Assembly (NCBI GenBank): GCA_963745235.1
Contig: CAVUXE010000034.1
Location: 1-32,422, forward strand
Source of the DNA: an uncultured Spirochaetota bacterium
GTDB lineage: Bacteria; Spirochaetota; Spirochaetia; SZUA-6; Fen-1364
Direction: 5' to 3'
Length of the DNA: 32,422 nucleotides
Both the position numbers and the translations under genes were made by a program. This document shows, piece after piece, positions 1 through 9,247 of this stretch. Positions within the stretch are counted from its first letter, which is position 1. Every line of letters starts with the position of its first letter. Below the pieces are notes generated by a model. That model did not search any database, was not told the DNA's origin, and was given only the letters and a program-made list of their open reading frames with translations.

Positions 1-60
1 CTTTTTGCAAGCCCCAAGCGGGCTTCATAGTAGTAATGAGACTGGAACCAATCTTTTTCC
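1..60 (-). pseudogene. 3' part of the flavodoxin/NADPH-dependent FMN reductase gene split by IS66 (runs off window)
   Basis: The minus strand reads (K)EKDWFQSHYYYEARLGLAK, which continues ...YRYFKEK from 1662 once one CTTTTTCC copy and the IS are removed. Confidence 0.85.
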
Positions 61-1661
61 GTAACTGTTCAGCTCCCCGGGAGGTGAAATCCCGGACGGA
101 TGTTAAGTATTCCGGAAACTCAAAAAGTCCGTCACGCTCAGTTGCATGGGAGAGGAAAAGGACTATCATCTGCCGCGAATCCCTCGCGAGCAAATTCTGA
201 ATGCATACAAGGCAGGCCCTGAGGCTATCGTTTCTCTCATCGAGTATCTACAGGATCAGCACGACAACACCATCGACCAGGTGGTAGACCAGATCAAGAG
301 GTTAACGCAAAGAATCAAAGCGCTGGAGGAGAAGAACAGCAAGGACAGTCATAACAGCGATAAGCCTCCCTCCAGTGATGGCTTGCATCGACGGATTCAT
401 ACGAGACGAGAATCCAGCGGGAAAAAACCTGGCGGTCAGCAAGGGCACGAGGGAACAACGTTGTCCATGGTCGAACACCCGCAGCAGGTGATGATTCATG
501 AAGTCAAAGTGTGCCAGGGATGCGGCAAGTCGCTGCAACAGCAAAAGCCGCGAGGGTATGAGTCACGACAAGTCTTCGATATTCCGCCCATCGCCGTGGA
601 TGTGACCGAACACCGTGCCCAGATCAAGCGCTGCCCCCACTGCCACGAGTTTTCGGTAGCGGTGTTCCCACTCGGGGTAAGTCACAAAACACAGTACGGT
701 CCACGGCTGAAGGCATTTGCAGTGTATCTAAAAAACTATGGATTTCTTTCCTACGATCGAGCCGCCCAAGCCTCGCTGATCTGTTCGCCATTCCCCTCAG
801 CGTTGGCACGCTGGCCAGTATCGATCGGCGGTGTGCGCAACGAGTCGAGGGTGTTGTGGAGCAGATCAAGGAGAAACTGATTCAGGCGAAAGTGGTGCAC
901 TTTGATGAGACCGGCTTGAGCATCAACGGCAAACTGCACTGGCTGCACGGGGCGGGCACTCAGGAGTTCACCTACTACTATCCTCATCAGAGGCGCGGGA
1001 CGGCCGCCACAGACCAGATCGGAATTCTGCCGCGGCTGAAAGGCAACGCGGTTCATGATAATTGGAAACCCTACATGAAATATAGGTGCTCGCATTCGCT
1101 GTGCAACGCACATCACATTCGAGAACTCACGGCGGTCTATGAACCGGGTGGCCAAGTGTGGGCGCAGCAAATGATCGGCCTTCTTCTGGAGAGCAAGCAA
1201 ACTGTGGAGCAGGCAAAACGCACAGGGAAGAAGAAACTACCCCTCTGCGACATTCGCAAATATGAGAGCCGCTACAAAGCGATCATCGCAAGTGGTATGA
1301 AAGCCAACCCATCGCCTCATCGGGCAGACGGCCCCGGAAAACGGGGCCGGATCAAGCGCAGCAAAGCACGCAATCTGTTGGAAAGACTTGAACGACTACG
1401 CGAGGAGACCCTGCGATACATGACCGATTTCAGAGTTGACTTCGACAATAATTTGGCAGAACGAGATATAAGAATGATGAGGGTCCAGCAGAAAGTATCC
1501 GGGGCATTCCGAAGCAATGGGGGAGCGCTCTCATTCTGTCGGATACGAAGTTATATCTCAACGATCAGAAAGCAGGGCCTATCGGTTATTGACGCTCTCA
1601 TGAATGCGTTTGAAAAAGACCTAACCCTGACTGACTGTCTTCAGACCAGCTGAACAGTTAC
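61..1661 (+). mobile_element. IS66-family insertion sequence (single-ORF, ISBst12-like)
   Basis: Perfect 14-bp terminal inverted repeats GTAACTGTTCAGCT (61-74) and AGCTGAACAGTTAC (1648-1661). 8-bp TSD CTTTTTCC at 53-60 and 1662-1669. GTAA ends and an 8-bp TSD are typical of IS66. Confidence 0.95.
146..1653 (+). pseudogene. tnpC: IS66 transposase, frameshifted near 771
   Basis: Motifs NSDKPPSSD, GGQQGHEG, zinc finger CQGC...CPHC, YGPRL, HFDETG, LCNAHHIREL and FDNNLAERDIR. The gene is split across ORFs 146-880 and 856-1653. Adding one base near 771 restores ...AQA-x-ADLFAIPLSVGTL. Confidence 0.9.
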
Positions 1662-2327
1662 CTTTTTCCTTGAAATATCTATAGTCCCTGTTGGTGTCAT
1701 TCAACATCGCCTGAATGCTTGCGCGCGAAAGTCGAAAGAGCATCAGCCTGAAGAAAGTGGGAGCCGGGAGGGAGGGCCGCGTGAGCGTTTGGTAAAATCG
1801 CCTGGCAGCGTTTCGCACTTCTTTGGATATTCTCTTCCGGTCGCTCGCGGTGACAGGTTGAAAAGCTGTCACGCAGCATCCCTTGCCGACCGTGAATCCC
1901 CAAGCGCCGCCAACTTTTTCGAGGTACTCCTGGACGTCCTTCCCCCCGAAGATTCCTTGCGTCACAATCGCGGTGAAAGCTTTGCCGAAGAATCGTGGTC
2001 GATGGAACACGAAGGCCAATCGATCCAAGAAGGTCTTCATGATGCCCGTGACTTGCAGAGAATAATTGGGAGTGGCGAAGACCACGCCATCCGAGCTCTC
2101 GATCTTTTCAAGCAACAAGTCCCGATCATCATGGAGCGGGCAGAGCTCCTCCCCCTTCTCAAAACATTGGCAGCATCCCCTGCAGTTGCTGAGATTCATA
2201 TCTTTCAGAAAGACGTACTCGGGCTCGACGTTGCCAAATGCCACCAAGTCTGCGATGAACTCCTGCGTCACGCGGTACGTGAGCTGTTTCCGAGGACTTC
2301 CAACAATCGGGCAACTACACGAAACAC
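1662..2327 (-). pseudogene. Flavodoxin-family / NADPH-dependent FMN reductase (iron-sulfur flavoprotein-like), interrupted by IS66
   Basis: IVGSPRK, CRGCCQC...CPLHDD and ATPNY...MKTFLDR motifs. The probable GTG start at 2327 (MFRVVA) is out of frame with IVGSPRK by an indel near 2309. Confidence 0.85.
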
Positions 2328-2639
2328 CTCAGCGCGACGAAATTGCCCCAAGCCTTGGACTATGTGGCGGAAACAATCGAATGGGCTATAGATCTTCACA
2401 GCGATCCTGAGGTTCATCGCCGGCGGTTGATAGCGGACCGCGTTCCGGCAGGGAAACGTTTTCGCGTGTGCAGCGCGGTCACTATCGGACACGTCTCTCT
2501 CTCTGACTACTTACTGAACGGAGGGAGCTGAAGAATCGCGCATACCTGGGATGATTCCCATAATGGGCGATTCGATCTACTCAGCGCAGTCGATCTTGAG
2601 CACGATAGGTATGGAGCACATTGACTGACCGCCACCCTG

Positions 2640-2862
2640 GATGTTCCCTCTCAAGCCTGGCGATTCGCAATATTCCGAGCCATTCCGGACGCAATCAGGC
2701 GATCAACGAGGCAGTACGCGTTCTCAAGCCAGGCGGTTGAGAAGCATCTCATGGAGCTGGGGAATGGATGAAATAGCCAACACGACCCTAGGCTGTCATT
2801 TTTGGTACGGTGACCCGTGGGCGGCTTCCAAGCTGGTAAGCGCGCGAAAACCCGGGCCCTGA
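2640..2862 (+). pseudogene. C-terminal remnant of a class I SAM methyltransferase
   Basis: One frame reads SSLAIRNIPSHSGRNQAINEAVRVLKPGG*, followed by GMDEIANTTLGCHFWYGDPWAASKLVSARKP. The N-terminus is absent. Confidence 0.6.
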
Positions 2863-2952
2863 CGCCCTGGCTCTTGGTACGGTCGAGTCCCACCGGGGAA
2901 ACAAGAGCCGTCCATAACCCGCCTTCTGACTACCGCGCACGTCAGCCCGATG

Positions 2953-3197
2953 TCATCTTGATTTTACGAGCTTCAGCCCATGTTCTGTGTACTCTCTGAG
3001 CCTTTTGTCCGCACTTATGAACACGAGATTGTTACGAATGCATTGCCAAACCAGAAGTCGATCAAACGGATCACGATGAGTCTTGCTTATGGGCAAACGA
3101 TACGAGGTAATTAGATCGTCTTCCGTGATGTCGTAAACCTCATATCCAGCGTCAGCCGCAATCTCAAGCAAGCTTTCTGGAGTAACGCCTTCCAATT
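2953..3197 (-). pseudogene. vapC: VapC/PIN-domain toxin, C-terminal part (split by IS1182)
   Basis: HRDPFDRLLVWQ...ISAD PIN motif. Joins in frame (KLQLEGVTP) to 4862-5028 when the IS and one AATT are removed. Confidence 0.92.
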
Positions 3198-4861
3198 GAG
3201 GTTGTCCGGCAACCCGGCCACAGGCCTCGAACGTAGCGCAGGTAGGTTTTTCATTGATTGGCGGCACCTGTCATGCTATCGTTCGCGCGGGAGGGAGCGA
3301 TGCCGGTATTCAGAGAGTACGATCAGGGCCAGGGCGTTTTCCGCAGCATCAGGCCCAACGAGCTACTTGAGCCAGACCATCCAGCCCGTGTGATCGACAA
3401 AGTGGTAGAGATGCTGGATCTGGGCGAGGTCTACGCTGAGTATGCCGAGGAAGGAAGTCCCCCTTATCACCCGCAGATGATGCTGAAGGTGGTGTTCTAT
3501 GCCTACTACAGCGGACTGATGAGTAGCCGCAAGATCTGGGACGGACTGAAGGAGCGAGCCGACTTCATATTTCTCTCGGGGGATCAGGTTCCGGACTTTC
3601 GAACGATTAACGATTTCCGCACGCGGCACATAAAGGTGCTCCCGAAGCTTTTCGCTCAGATTGTGATGATCTGTGTGCGACTGGACATGCTGGACTTCCA
3701 GAACCTGGCCGTTGACGGGGAGAAGATCAAGGCGAACGCGAACTACAGGCGCAGCAAGAATCGAAAGCGTACGAAGCAGTCCTACGAGCGGGTCAAGGAG
3801 GCCATTACACGAGTCGTGGCCAAGCCGGTGAACGAAGATTTCACCGAGGCAAAGAAGGTCGCCCGGTTGGAGAGGCTTCAGGGGCAGAAGAAAGGGCTTC
3901 TGGCGCTCAAGGCAATGCTGGAAGACATGGAAGATGAAGAGGCCACGGTGAACATGAGCGATCCGGAGGCCAAGGTGATGAAGCATAAAGATGGAAGAAG
4001 CCTGCCGAGCTACAACCACCAAAGCGCAGTGGATGGCAAGCTGGGCGTGGTAGTAGCGGTTTCAACCACGGATGAGTCAGACAAGCCGGCGGATCTATTC
4101 TCCTTGGTTGACCGAGCCAAGGACAACACCGGGCAAGGGCACGAGAATGTATTGGCAGATCCCGGCTTTTGCGACTATGAGACTTTGAAGAAGGCAGAGT
4201 GCGAACGCCAAGAGGAGTACTACCTGCCGGATCGGCGCTTTGAAGTAACGGAAGACGGAGCTACGAGCCGGGGGAAGTACGACAGCAGCAACTTCGAGAA
4301 GAAAGACGGCAAAGTGTTTTGCCCCGAAGGAAAGCCGATGGAGCTGAAAACCGTGACCAGCCTTGGTGAGGGCAACACGCTGAGCATCTACGAAGGCCAG
4401 GAGTGCCAGAACTGTCCCCGGCGGGAGAAGTGCACCAAAGGCAACAAACGAACGATCGCTGTTGACAGCCGGGAACCGTTTCGTGAGCGCATGAGAGAGA
4501 AGCTTCGCAGTGATCACGGTCGGGAAACCTACATGAAGCGTCAGGGGATCGTCGAGCCGGTGCACGGCGATGATCAAAAGAACAAGGGCTGGACGCAGCA
4601 CCACTTGCGGGGAAAGACGAAGGCGGCGCTGGAGTTCATGCTGGTGCGGATTGCCACCAACCTAGGAAAAATCGTGAGGTATCGGGCGATGCGATTGATG
4701 GCCGTTCCCACATGAGGGTGGACGAGCACAAGGGGATCATGAATAACGGCCTGCAGGGCCCTTGGGTCCTACGCGATCCCCCGCGGACCAGCCGAGTCGG
4801 TCCGCGCTGACCTCGGCGTGCGGAAAATCTGGGACGCCCACACCAGTTATCGGACAGCCTC
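3198..4861 (+). mobile_element. IS1182-family insertion sequence
   Basis: Imperfect IRs GAGGTTGTCCGGCAAC (3198-3213) and GTTATCGGACAGCCTC (4846-4861), 13/16 match. AATT duplicated at 3194-3197 and 4862-4865. Confidence 0.92.
3300..4715 (+). CDS. IS1182-family DDE transposase
   Basis: Motifs PPYHPQMMLK, PDFRTINDFR, VDGEKIKANA, SDPEA, YNHQ, LADPGF, CPEG, CxxC and R...VEPVHG. GGGAGGGAG RBS precedes ATG 3300. Confidence 0.95.
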   Translation: MPVFREYDQGQGVFRSIRPNELLEPDHPARVIDKVVEMLDLGEVYAEYAEEGSPPYHPQMMLKVVFYAYYSGLMSSRKIWDGLKERADFIFLSGDQVPDFRTINDFRTRHIKVLPKLFAQIVMICVRLDMLDFQNLAVDGEKIKANANYRRSKNRKRTKQSYERVKEAITRVVAKPVNEDFTEAKKVARLERLQGQKKGLLALKAMLEDMEDEEATVNMSDPEAKVMKHKDGRSLPSYNHQSAVDGKLGVVVAVSTTDESDKPADLFSLVDRAKDNTGQGHENVLADPGFCDYETLKKAECERQEEYYLPDRRFEVTEDGATSRGKYDSSNFEKKDGKVFCPEGKPMELKTVTSLGEGNTLSIYEGQECQNCPRREKCTKGNKRTIAVDSREPFRERMREKLRSDHGRETYMKRQGIVEPVHGDDQKNKGWTQHHLRGKTKAALEFMLVRIATNLGKIVRYRAMRLMAVPT

Positions 4862-5028
4862 AATTGCAGTTTTCCGAGACCATATTTCAGCGCTATTTCC
4901 CAGTGGCTAATCTTGCTCACGTATTTGGTTGAGCGTGCGTCCAGAAGCACTTCGCGGTGGATCGGCGCTATTTTGTCAGGATCAAAGAGACTCCAGATCA
5001 AGTAGTGCGTGTCAACAAGGTAGTTCAT
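4862..5028 (-). pseudogene. vapC: VapC/PIN-domain toxin, N-terminal part
   Basis: MNYLVDTHYLIW...SKISHWEIALKYGLGKL. ATGA overlap with the antitoxin stop at 5025-5028. Confidence 0.92.
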
Positions 5029-5264
5029 TCGGCAAGGAGTTCTTCTGCAGTCATTTCGAAGCTGTCGTAAAACTTGTAAGAAGCCTTTCCTTTGAGTACG
5101 CCGAGTCTTATGGTGTTCGTAGCTTTGTATTCAGCGTAAGGGACTATGACAGCGACATTCTCTTTACTCCTTCCGTAAGAGATGACGATTTTTTCCCCTT
5201 TCTTGACGCGATCGAGGACTTGGGAAAACTTGTTCTTGAGCTCACCGACTCGCATCGTCTTCAT
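5025..5264 (-). CDS. Type II antitoxin, Phd/YefM family
   Basis: MKTMRVGELKNKFSQVLDRVKKGEKIVISYGR...VAVIVP, translationally coupled to the PIN toxin. Confidence 0.92.
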   Translation of the reverse strand: MKTMRVGELKNKFSQVLDRVKKGEKIVISYGRSKENVAVIVPYAEYKATNTIRLGVLKGKASYKFYDSFEMTAEELLAE

Positions 5265-5299
5265 GACTTAAGGGTGTCATAACTCCGGATTCGTGTCAA
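5263..5299 (-). promoter_or_regulatory. Putative TA operon promoter and operator
   Basis: On the minus strand TTGACA (5299-5294) is followed after 17 bp by a weak extended -10 (TGaCACCCT) and then ATG 6 nt later. An ATGAC-N8-GTCAT inverted repeat at 5263-5280 covers the -10 and start codon. Confidence 0.5.
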
Positions 5300-5426
5300 G
5301 TTGTCACGAAAGCAACACGAACCACTCAACGAACATGCTCACGCGGGATCGACCCGCCAAAGAAGGTCAGCGGCGCCAAACCGCCAAATAGCCTCTGGTG
5401 GAGAGCAGTTGTCGCGGTCCGCGGCG

Positions 5427-6117
5427 CTATATCTCGCGGGTCGCCTTGAAATACAGCAGTGCCCCGTTTTTCAGCTCGTAGGGTGAAAAGGACAGTCCAT
5501 GAGATTTGAATGCCTCCGAAAGTTGTGCTTCGGAACGCAAATCGCCACGGATGATCGTACCGCGACGGTTGCGTTCCGGCACGGGAACGCTACAGATGAA
5601 ATCCCCGCCGGGTCTCAGGACGCGCGTGACCTCTGCCAGGACCTTTTCGAGTGAAGAAAAAAAGTTCAAGGACAGATTGCACACTGCGATATCGAAGATT
5701 CCGGAAGCAAAAGGCAGGTCCTCGGCCGGACAGGCATACAGCTTGAACGATGCGATCCGTGCCTTTTCGAACTTTCTCCTGGCCGCCCTGAGTAGTCCTT
5801 CGCTCACGTCGATGCCGAAATAGCGGTTGTCGGGAGGAAGCACGTCGGCGAGATTCCCGCTGCCCGGTCGCGAGCTCAAGCACGTTGATCCCATGGAATC
5901 CGGACAGTTGCGATCTCAGAAACTCCAGATGCTTTTCGTACGAGGCTTCGAACTTCTTGGGGAACATGGACCTGGTCATGATCGGGTCATAGAGAAACGC
6001 AATCAGGTCGCCTATCCATGGCTTCGTGCGTTTTCTTTCCCCCGAATAGCAGACGCGGCCGATACCGCCCTTTTGCTCAATGCGTACCCCTTCGTCGATC
6101 AAGTTTTCCCCATTCAT
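5427..6117 (-). pseudogene. Class I SAM-dependent methyltransferase, frameshifted near 5863
   Basis: NVLELATG/SG motif I is split by one extra base. Downstream motifs are GIDVS, AEDLPF..FD and EVTRVLRPGG. Confidence 0.85.
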
Positions 6118-6250
6118 CGCAGACACCTCTTCTCCCCCTCTAATGACTCGCAAGACCCGCTTTTATTGCACGGAAACGCACTGAAGGGAAATGGCCGGCA
6201 CGATGCAACAAACCAACAAAGCTTCCGTCTGCGTTACAAGGAGGGAAGTC

Positions 6251-6963
6251 ATGGGATTGCGAGAACAGCCAGTCTCAGTGGCGCGAGTCATCGGAAGGAA
6301 TCCCGCGTGAAGAGGTCGGCACAGTGGGAAGCTCGGGGCCAGGGAGCCCCATGCCTGTTGGCGCTGTCCGCCGCGCTTGAGAGGGAAAGCGAGAACGCCA
6401 TGATGATGGCGAACCGTTTTCCGCTACATTTTCCTGCCCCTGCTCAGCGCGATGATGTTCGTATTCCGCAAAGATGGCACGGCCGCGCCGCGCATCGCTG
6501 CGCTGCTTGTGTTCTGCTGGTGACTATAGGCAATACGATTGTCCTGCGCAAACACGAGCCCGTTTGGTCCATGGCGTTCAACTATCTTGTGGTGGTGCTT
6601 GATTGCTCGGAGGCTCGTATGAGTGGAAAATTGTACCTGTTGGATGCTCTCTTGAAACGTCCCATCATCGTGACCGTCGTAGGCCTTATCACGATTTACA
6701 GCATTTATCGAGCCGTCTCAATGGTGCGGCGTTTGGCAGACGCAGCAGCAGAAGGTTCTGCTTTCTCGGTACTTCTCTCCCGGGATCGTAGAAGAAATCA
6801 CCGCGAATCCTGAGGTCGTGCGCCGCGGCAGGCGTCAGAAGATGGCCGTTCTGTTCCTGGACATACGCAACTTCACGGGGCTTTCCGAGCAGATCTCCCC
6901 GGATGAGCTTGTCGCATTTCTCGCGGAGTTCCGTGAGCGCATGGCGCGCGTGATCTTTGCAAT
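6251..6963 (+). pseudogene. Membrane-anchored class III adenylate cyclase, 5' part (several frameshifts, then IS1182 insertion)
   Basis: RBS AAGGAGGG before ATG 6251, hydrophobic segments, then SRYFSPGIVEEI and AVLFLDIRNFTGLSE...LAEFRERM. The start position is uncertain. Confidence 0.8.
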
Positions 6964-8676
6964 CAGGCTGTCGAAAAAACGGGTGCGCACGTGGGCCGGG
7001 GGATGCATCGTGATCGCAGGCGTGTAGCGAATACGCGATTGCGGTAAGTAGTTTGCCTATGATTCGCACAGTTATGCCCCATTCAAGCCTTTCGTCCCGG
7101 CGGCTCTCCGCAATCCCTCTAGAACTTAACCAGGCGCTATCGTCATCTTCATGAAGTTGTGCAGCATGAACAACAGCGCTGCCTCCATCCGCACTTTCTT
7201 TAACCCCCTGCGCATCACCGCGCGGAACTTCAGGTTCCATTTGATGTTGCCAAACGGCGACTCTGCAGAGTGCGCGCGCTTGTTGTACCTGCCTTGTGAC
7301 CTCTTCTTTTCAAGCTTGGTTCGCATCCGGTCGCGCACTTCTTCATTGCGATCCCGGAACACCCGCCGGTGGGTCCCCTTCGTGCATTTGCTGCGAACGA
7401 CACATCTGGCGCAGGCACTCGGATTCTCGTAGCGGTCATAAATCCTTCCATGAGTTTCAACAGAACCTGTATTTCTCAATATCCATCCGCTCGGACAACG
7501 ATAGCTGTCGCTTTTCGCTCGAAAGCTGAACTTCGAGCGATCATACTCCCCTTTCGCCATCGTCCCCCTTCCCTCGACTTCCATGCGCAGATCAGGGATC
7601 AGTGCCTCCTGCCCCTCCAATTCCAGCTTCTCATAGTTCTCCATGCTTGCAAATCCGGAGTCCGCTTCTACCTCACGGTGCTTCTCCCCTGTGTTCTGAC
7701 GGCTGCCCCCGATCGCCTCCGACAACGCCGCCACATCATTATCCTCAGCATTCACTTGGAAATGTGTCACAATATCGTGCTCCACATCCGTCGTTGTGGT
7801 AATCGAAAACGCTGTATTCCTCTCCCCATTCGCCTGTTGCATGATATGCGCGTCCGGGTCGGTGATGTTGACCTTCTCTCTTTCAACAAGCTCTTGCTTC
7901 TTCTTCTCACTTGCCTCGCGGCTCTTCTCTGCCAATCGTTGCAGGAGAACTTTCCTGGCTTCCCGTACCCTTTCCCCTCGCCGTTTCAACGCCAGAACTT
8001 CCTCTTCCTCGGCGCTCTTCGCATCTGAGGCAGTCTCCAACACTTCCTTCAGGCGTTCTGCAATCTTGTTTTCTTCCTTCTTGATCCCTTCGAGAGTCTT
8101 GCTCTGTTTGTAGTTGGCGCTGGCCCGCAACTTGACGCTGTCGATGGCAAGAAGATCGAACTCAATCAGATTCTGCTCCATACAGCTCGCAACCACTTGG
8201 CTGAACAACTCCACGATTTCCCCGGCAAAACGCGACAGAAAAAGTCCCATCGTTGAGTGATCGATGGTCATATCGCCGGTCAACCACTTGTACGCCAGGT
8301 TGTTGATCGTATCTTCTTCCATTTTCCGCAGCGAGAAGCGGCAGCTGTGAAGTGCCAACAAAGCAACTTTCAGAAGGGTCTTTGGATGGAAAGGGGGACG
8401 CCCGTTGTCCGCGTCCACTTCATAGGCTTCTTCAATTGCACGGGTGTCCAAAGAATCCACCAGGTCGTTGATGATATGCACTGCGCTCCCTGCGGGAGCG
8501 ACGGTTGAAAGGTCAACCTGCGTCAGTAGCAGCATCTGGGATCGATTGGGAATGAGGAATGCCGGCATGAAGTCCCTCCCGTGCTTCACGAATGGCGAAT
8601 TCGACTCCTCATTTTACATCTTGCTGTCGCGCCAAACAATGATTTTCCTCAAGGAAACGGGTTTTTCGACAGCCTG
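6964..8676 (-). mobile_element. IS1182-family insertion sequence (second, distinct element)
   Basis: Perfect 15-bp IRs CAGGCTGTCGAAAAA (6964-6978 and 8662-8676). AAT duplicated at 6961-6963 and 8677-8679. Removal restores the in-frame cyclase sequence IFAMGGSIDKF. Confidence 0.93.
7126..8568 (-). CDS. IS1182-family DDE transposase
   Basis: Motifs GRPPFHPKTLLK, IDHST, IDSVKLRASA, TDPDA, ADSGF, YRCPSG and R...AESPFGNIK. RBS GGGAGGGA precedes ATG 8568. Confidence 0.95.
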   Translation of the reverse strand: MPAFLIPNRSQMLLLTQVDLSTVAPAGSAVHIINDLVDSLDTRAIEEAYEVDADNGRPPFHPKTLLKVALLALHSCRFSLRKMEEDTINNLAYKWLTGDMTIDHSTMGLFLSRFAGEIVELFSQVVASCMEQNLIEFDLLAIDSVKLRASANYKQSKTLEGIKKEENKIAERLKEVLETASDAKSAEEEEVLALKRRGERVREARKVLLQRLAEKSREASEKKKQELVEREKVNITDPDAHIMQQANGERNTAFSITTTTDVEHDIVTHFQVNAEDNDVAALSEAIGGSRQNTGEKHREVEADSGFASMENYEKLELEGQEALIPDLRMEVEGRGTMAKGEYDRSKFSFRAKSDSYRCPSGWILRNTGSVETHGRIYDRYENPSACARCVVRSKCTKGTHRRVFRDRNEEVRDRMRTKLEKKRSQGRYNKRAHSAESPFGNIKWNLKFRAVMRRGLKKVRMEAALLFMLHNFMKMTIAPG

Positions 8677-9152
8677 AATGGGTGGTTCTATCGACAAGTT
8701 CATCGGCGACGCCATCCTGGCTACTTTTGGTGCACCTCGGCCCTCCCCCTCGGCGGGTGCGGATAGTTGGAACGCGGTCAAGGCGGCCTTGGGAATGCGG
8801 CGGGAGCTGCGCGCAATAAGTCCGGCGGCTTTCAGTCAATCTCGAGCCGATCAGGGTCGGAATGGGCGTCCATTTCGGAGAAGTGATTGCCGGAAACATC
8901 GGGAAAGGCGACCTGCCGGAATATTCGGTGATCGGAGACGCCGTGAACACAGCCTCTCGGATCCAGGATCTGTGCAAGACTTTTCGGACAGGCCTGATTA
9001 TCTCACGGGCCATTTACGACGACTTGCCGTCAGAGCAGCGACAACAGCTGCAAGTGCAGCCGTTGCCGGCCACACGCGTCAAAGGAAAGGGTGACCCGTC
9101 AACGTTGCTCGCCATCGAGACTGGCGACGCGCAAATGGAGTCTCGTTGCTGA
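8677..9152 (+). pseudogene. Class III adenylate cyclase, 3' part (frameshift near 8830)
   Basis: DKFIGDAILATFGAP, then in a shifted frame GMGVHFGEVIAGNIG...EYSVIGDAVNTASRIQ and VKGK. Confidence 0.9.
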
Positions 9153-9247
9153 GAGGCCGCGGGCATCCCATTCCTGTGTCTCACCATGTCTTTCTGCGAC
9201 CTTTTGGCAGACTTGTCCTTCGGCCGCCGTATGCTCACACTGGTACC

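Noticed and set aside
2869-2909. GGCTCTTG/CAAGAGCC stem-loop as an ncRNA or tRNA piece
   Set aside because: It has no tRNA T-loop or known RNA motif. At most it is a hairpin between convergent gene ends.
5827-6813. 328-aa ORF as a single real gene
   Set aside because: Its first third is antisense to the methyltransferase, and the rest passes in and out of the frameshifted cyclase N-terminus.
3198-8676. Composite transposon formed by the two IS1182 elements
   Set aside because: Each element has its own TSD and interrupts a different gene, so these are independent insertions.
6818-9152. Pycsar-type pyrimidine cyclase
   Set aside because: The DKFIGD lysine and the EYSVIGDAVNTASR motif fit an ordinary ATP-specific membrane adenylate cyclase, and the neighbour is not a PycTIR/PycTM effector.
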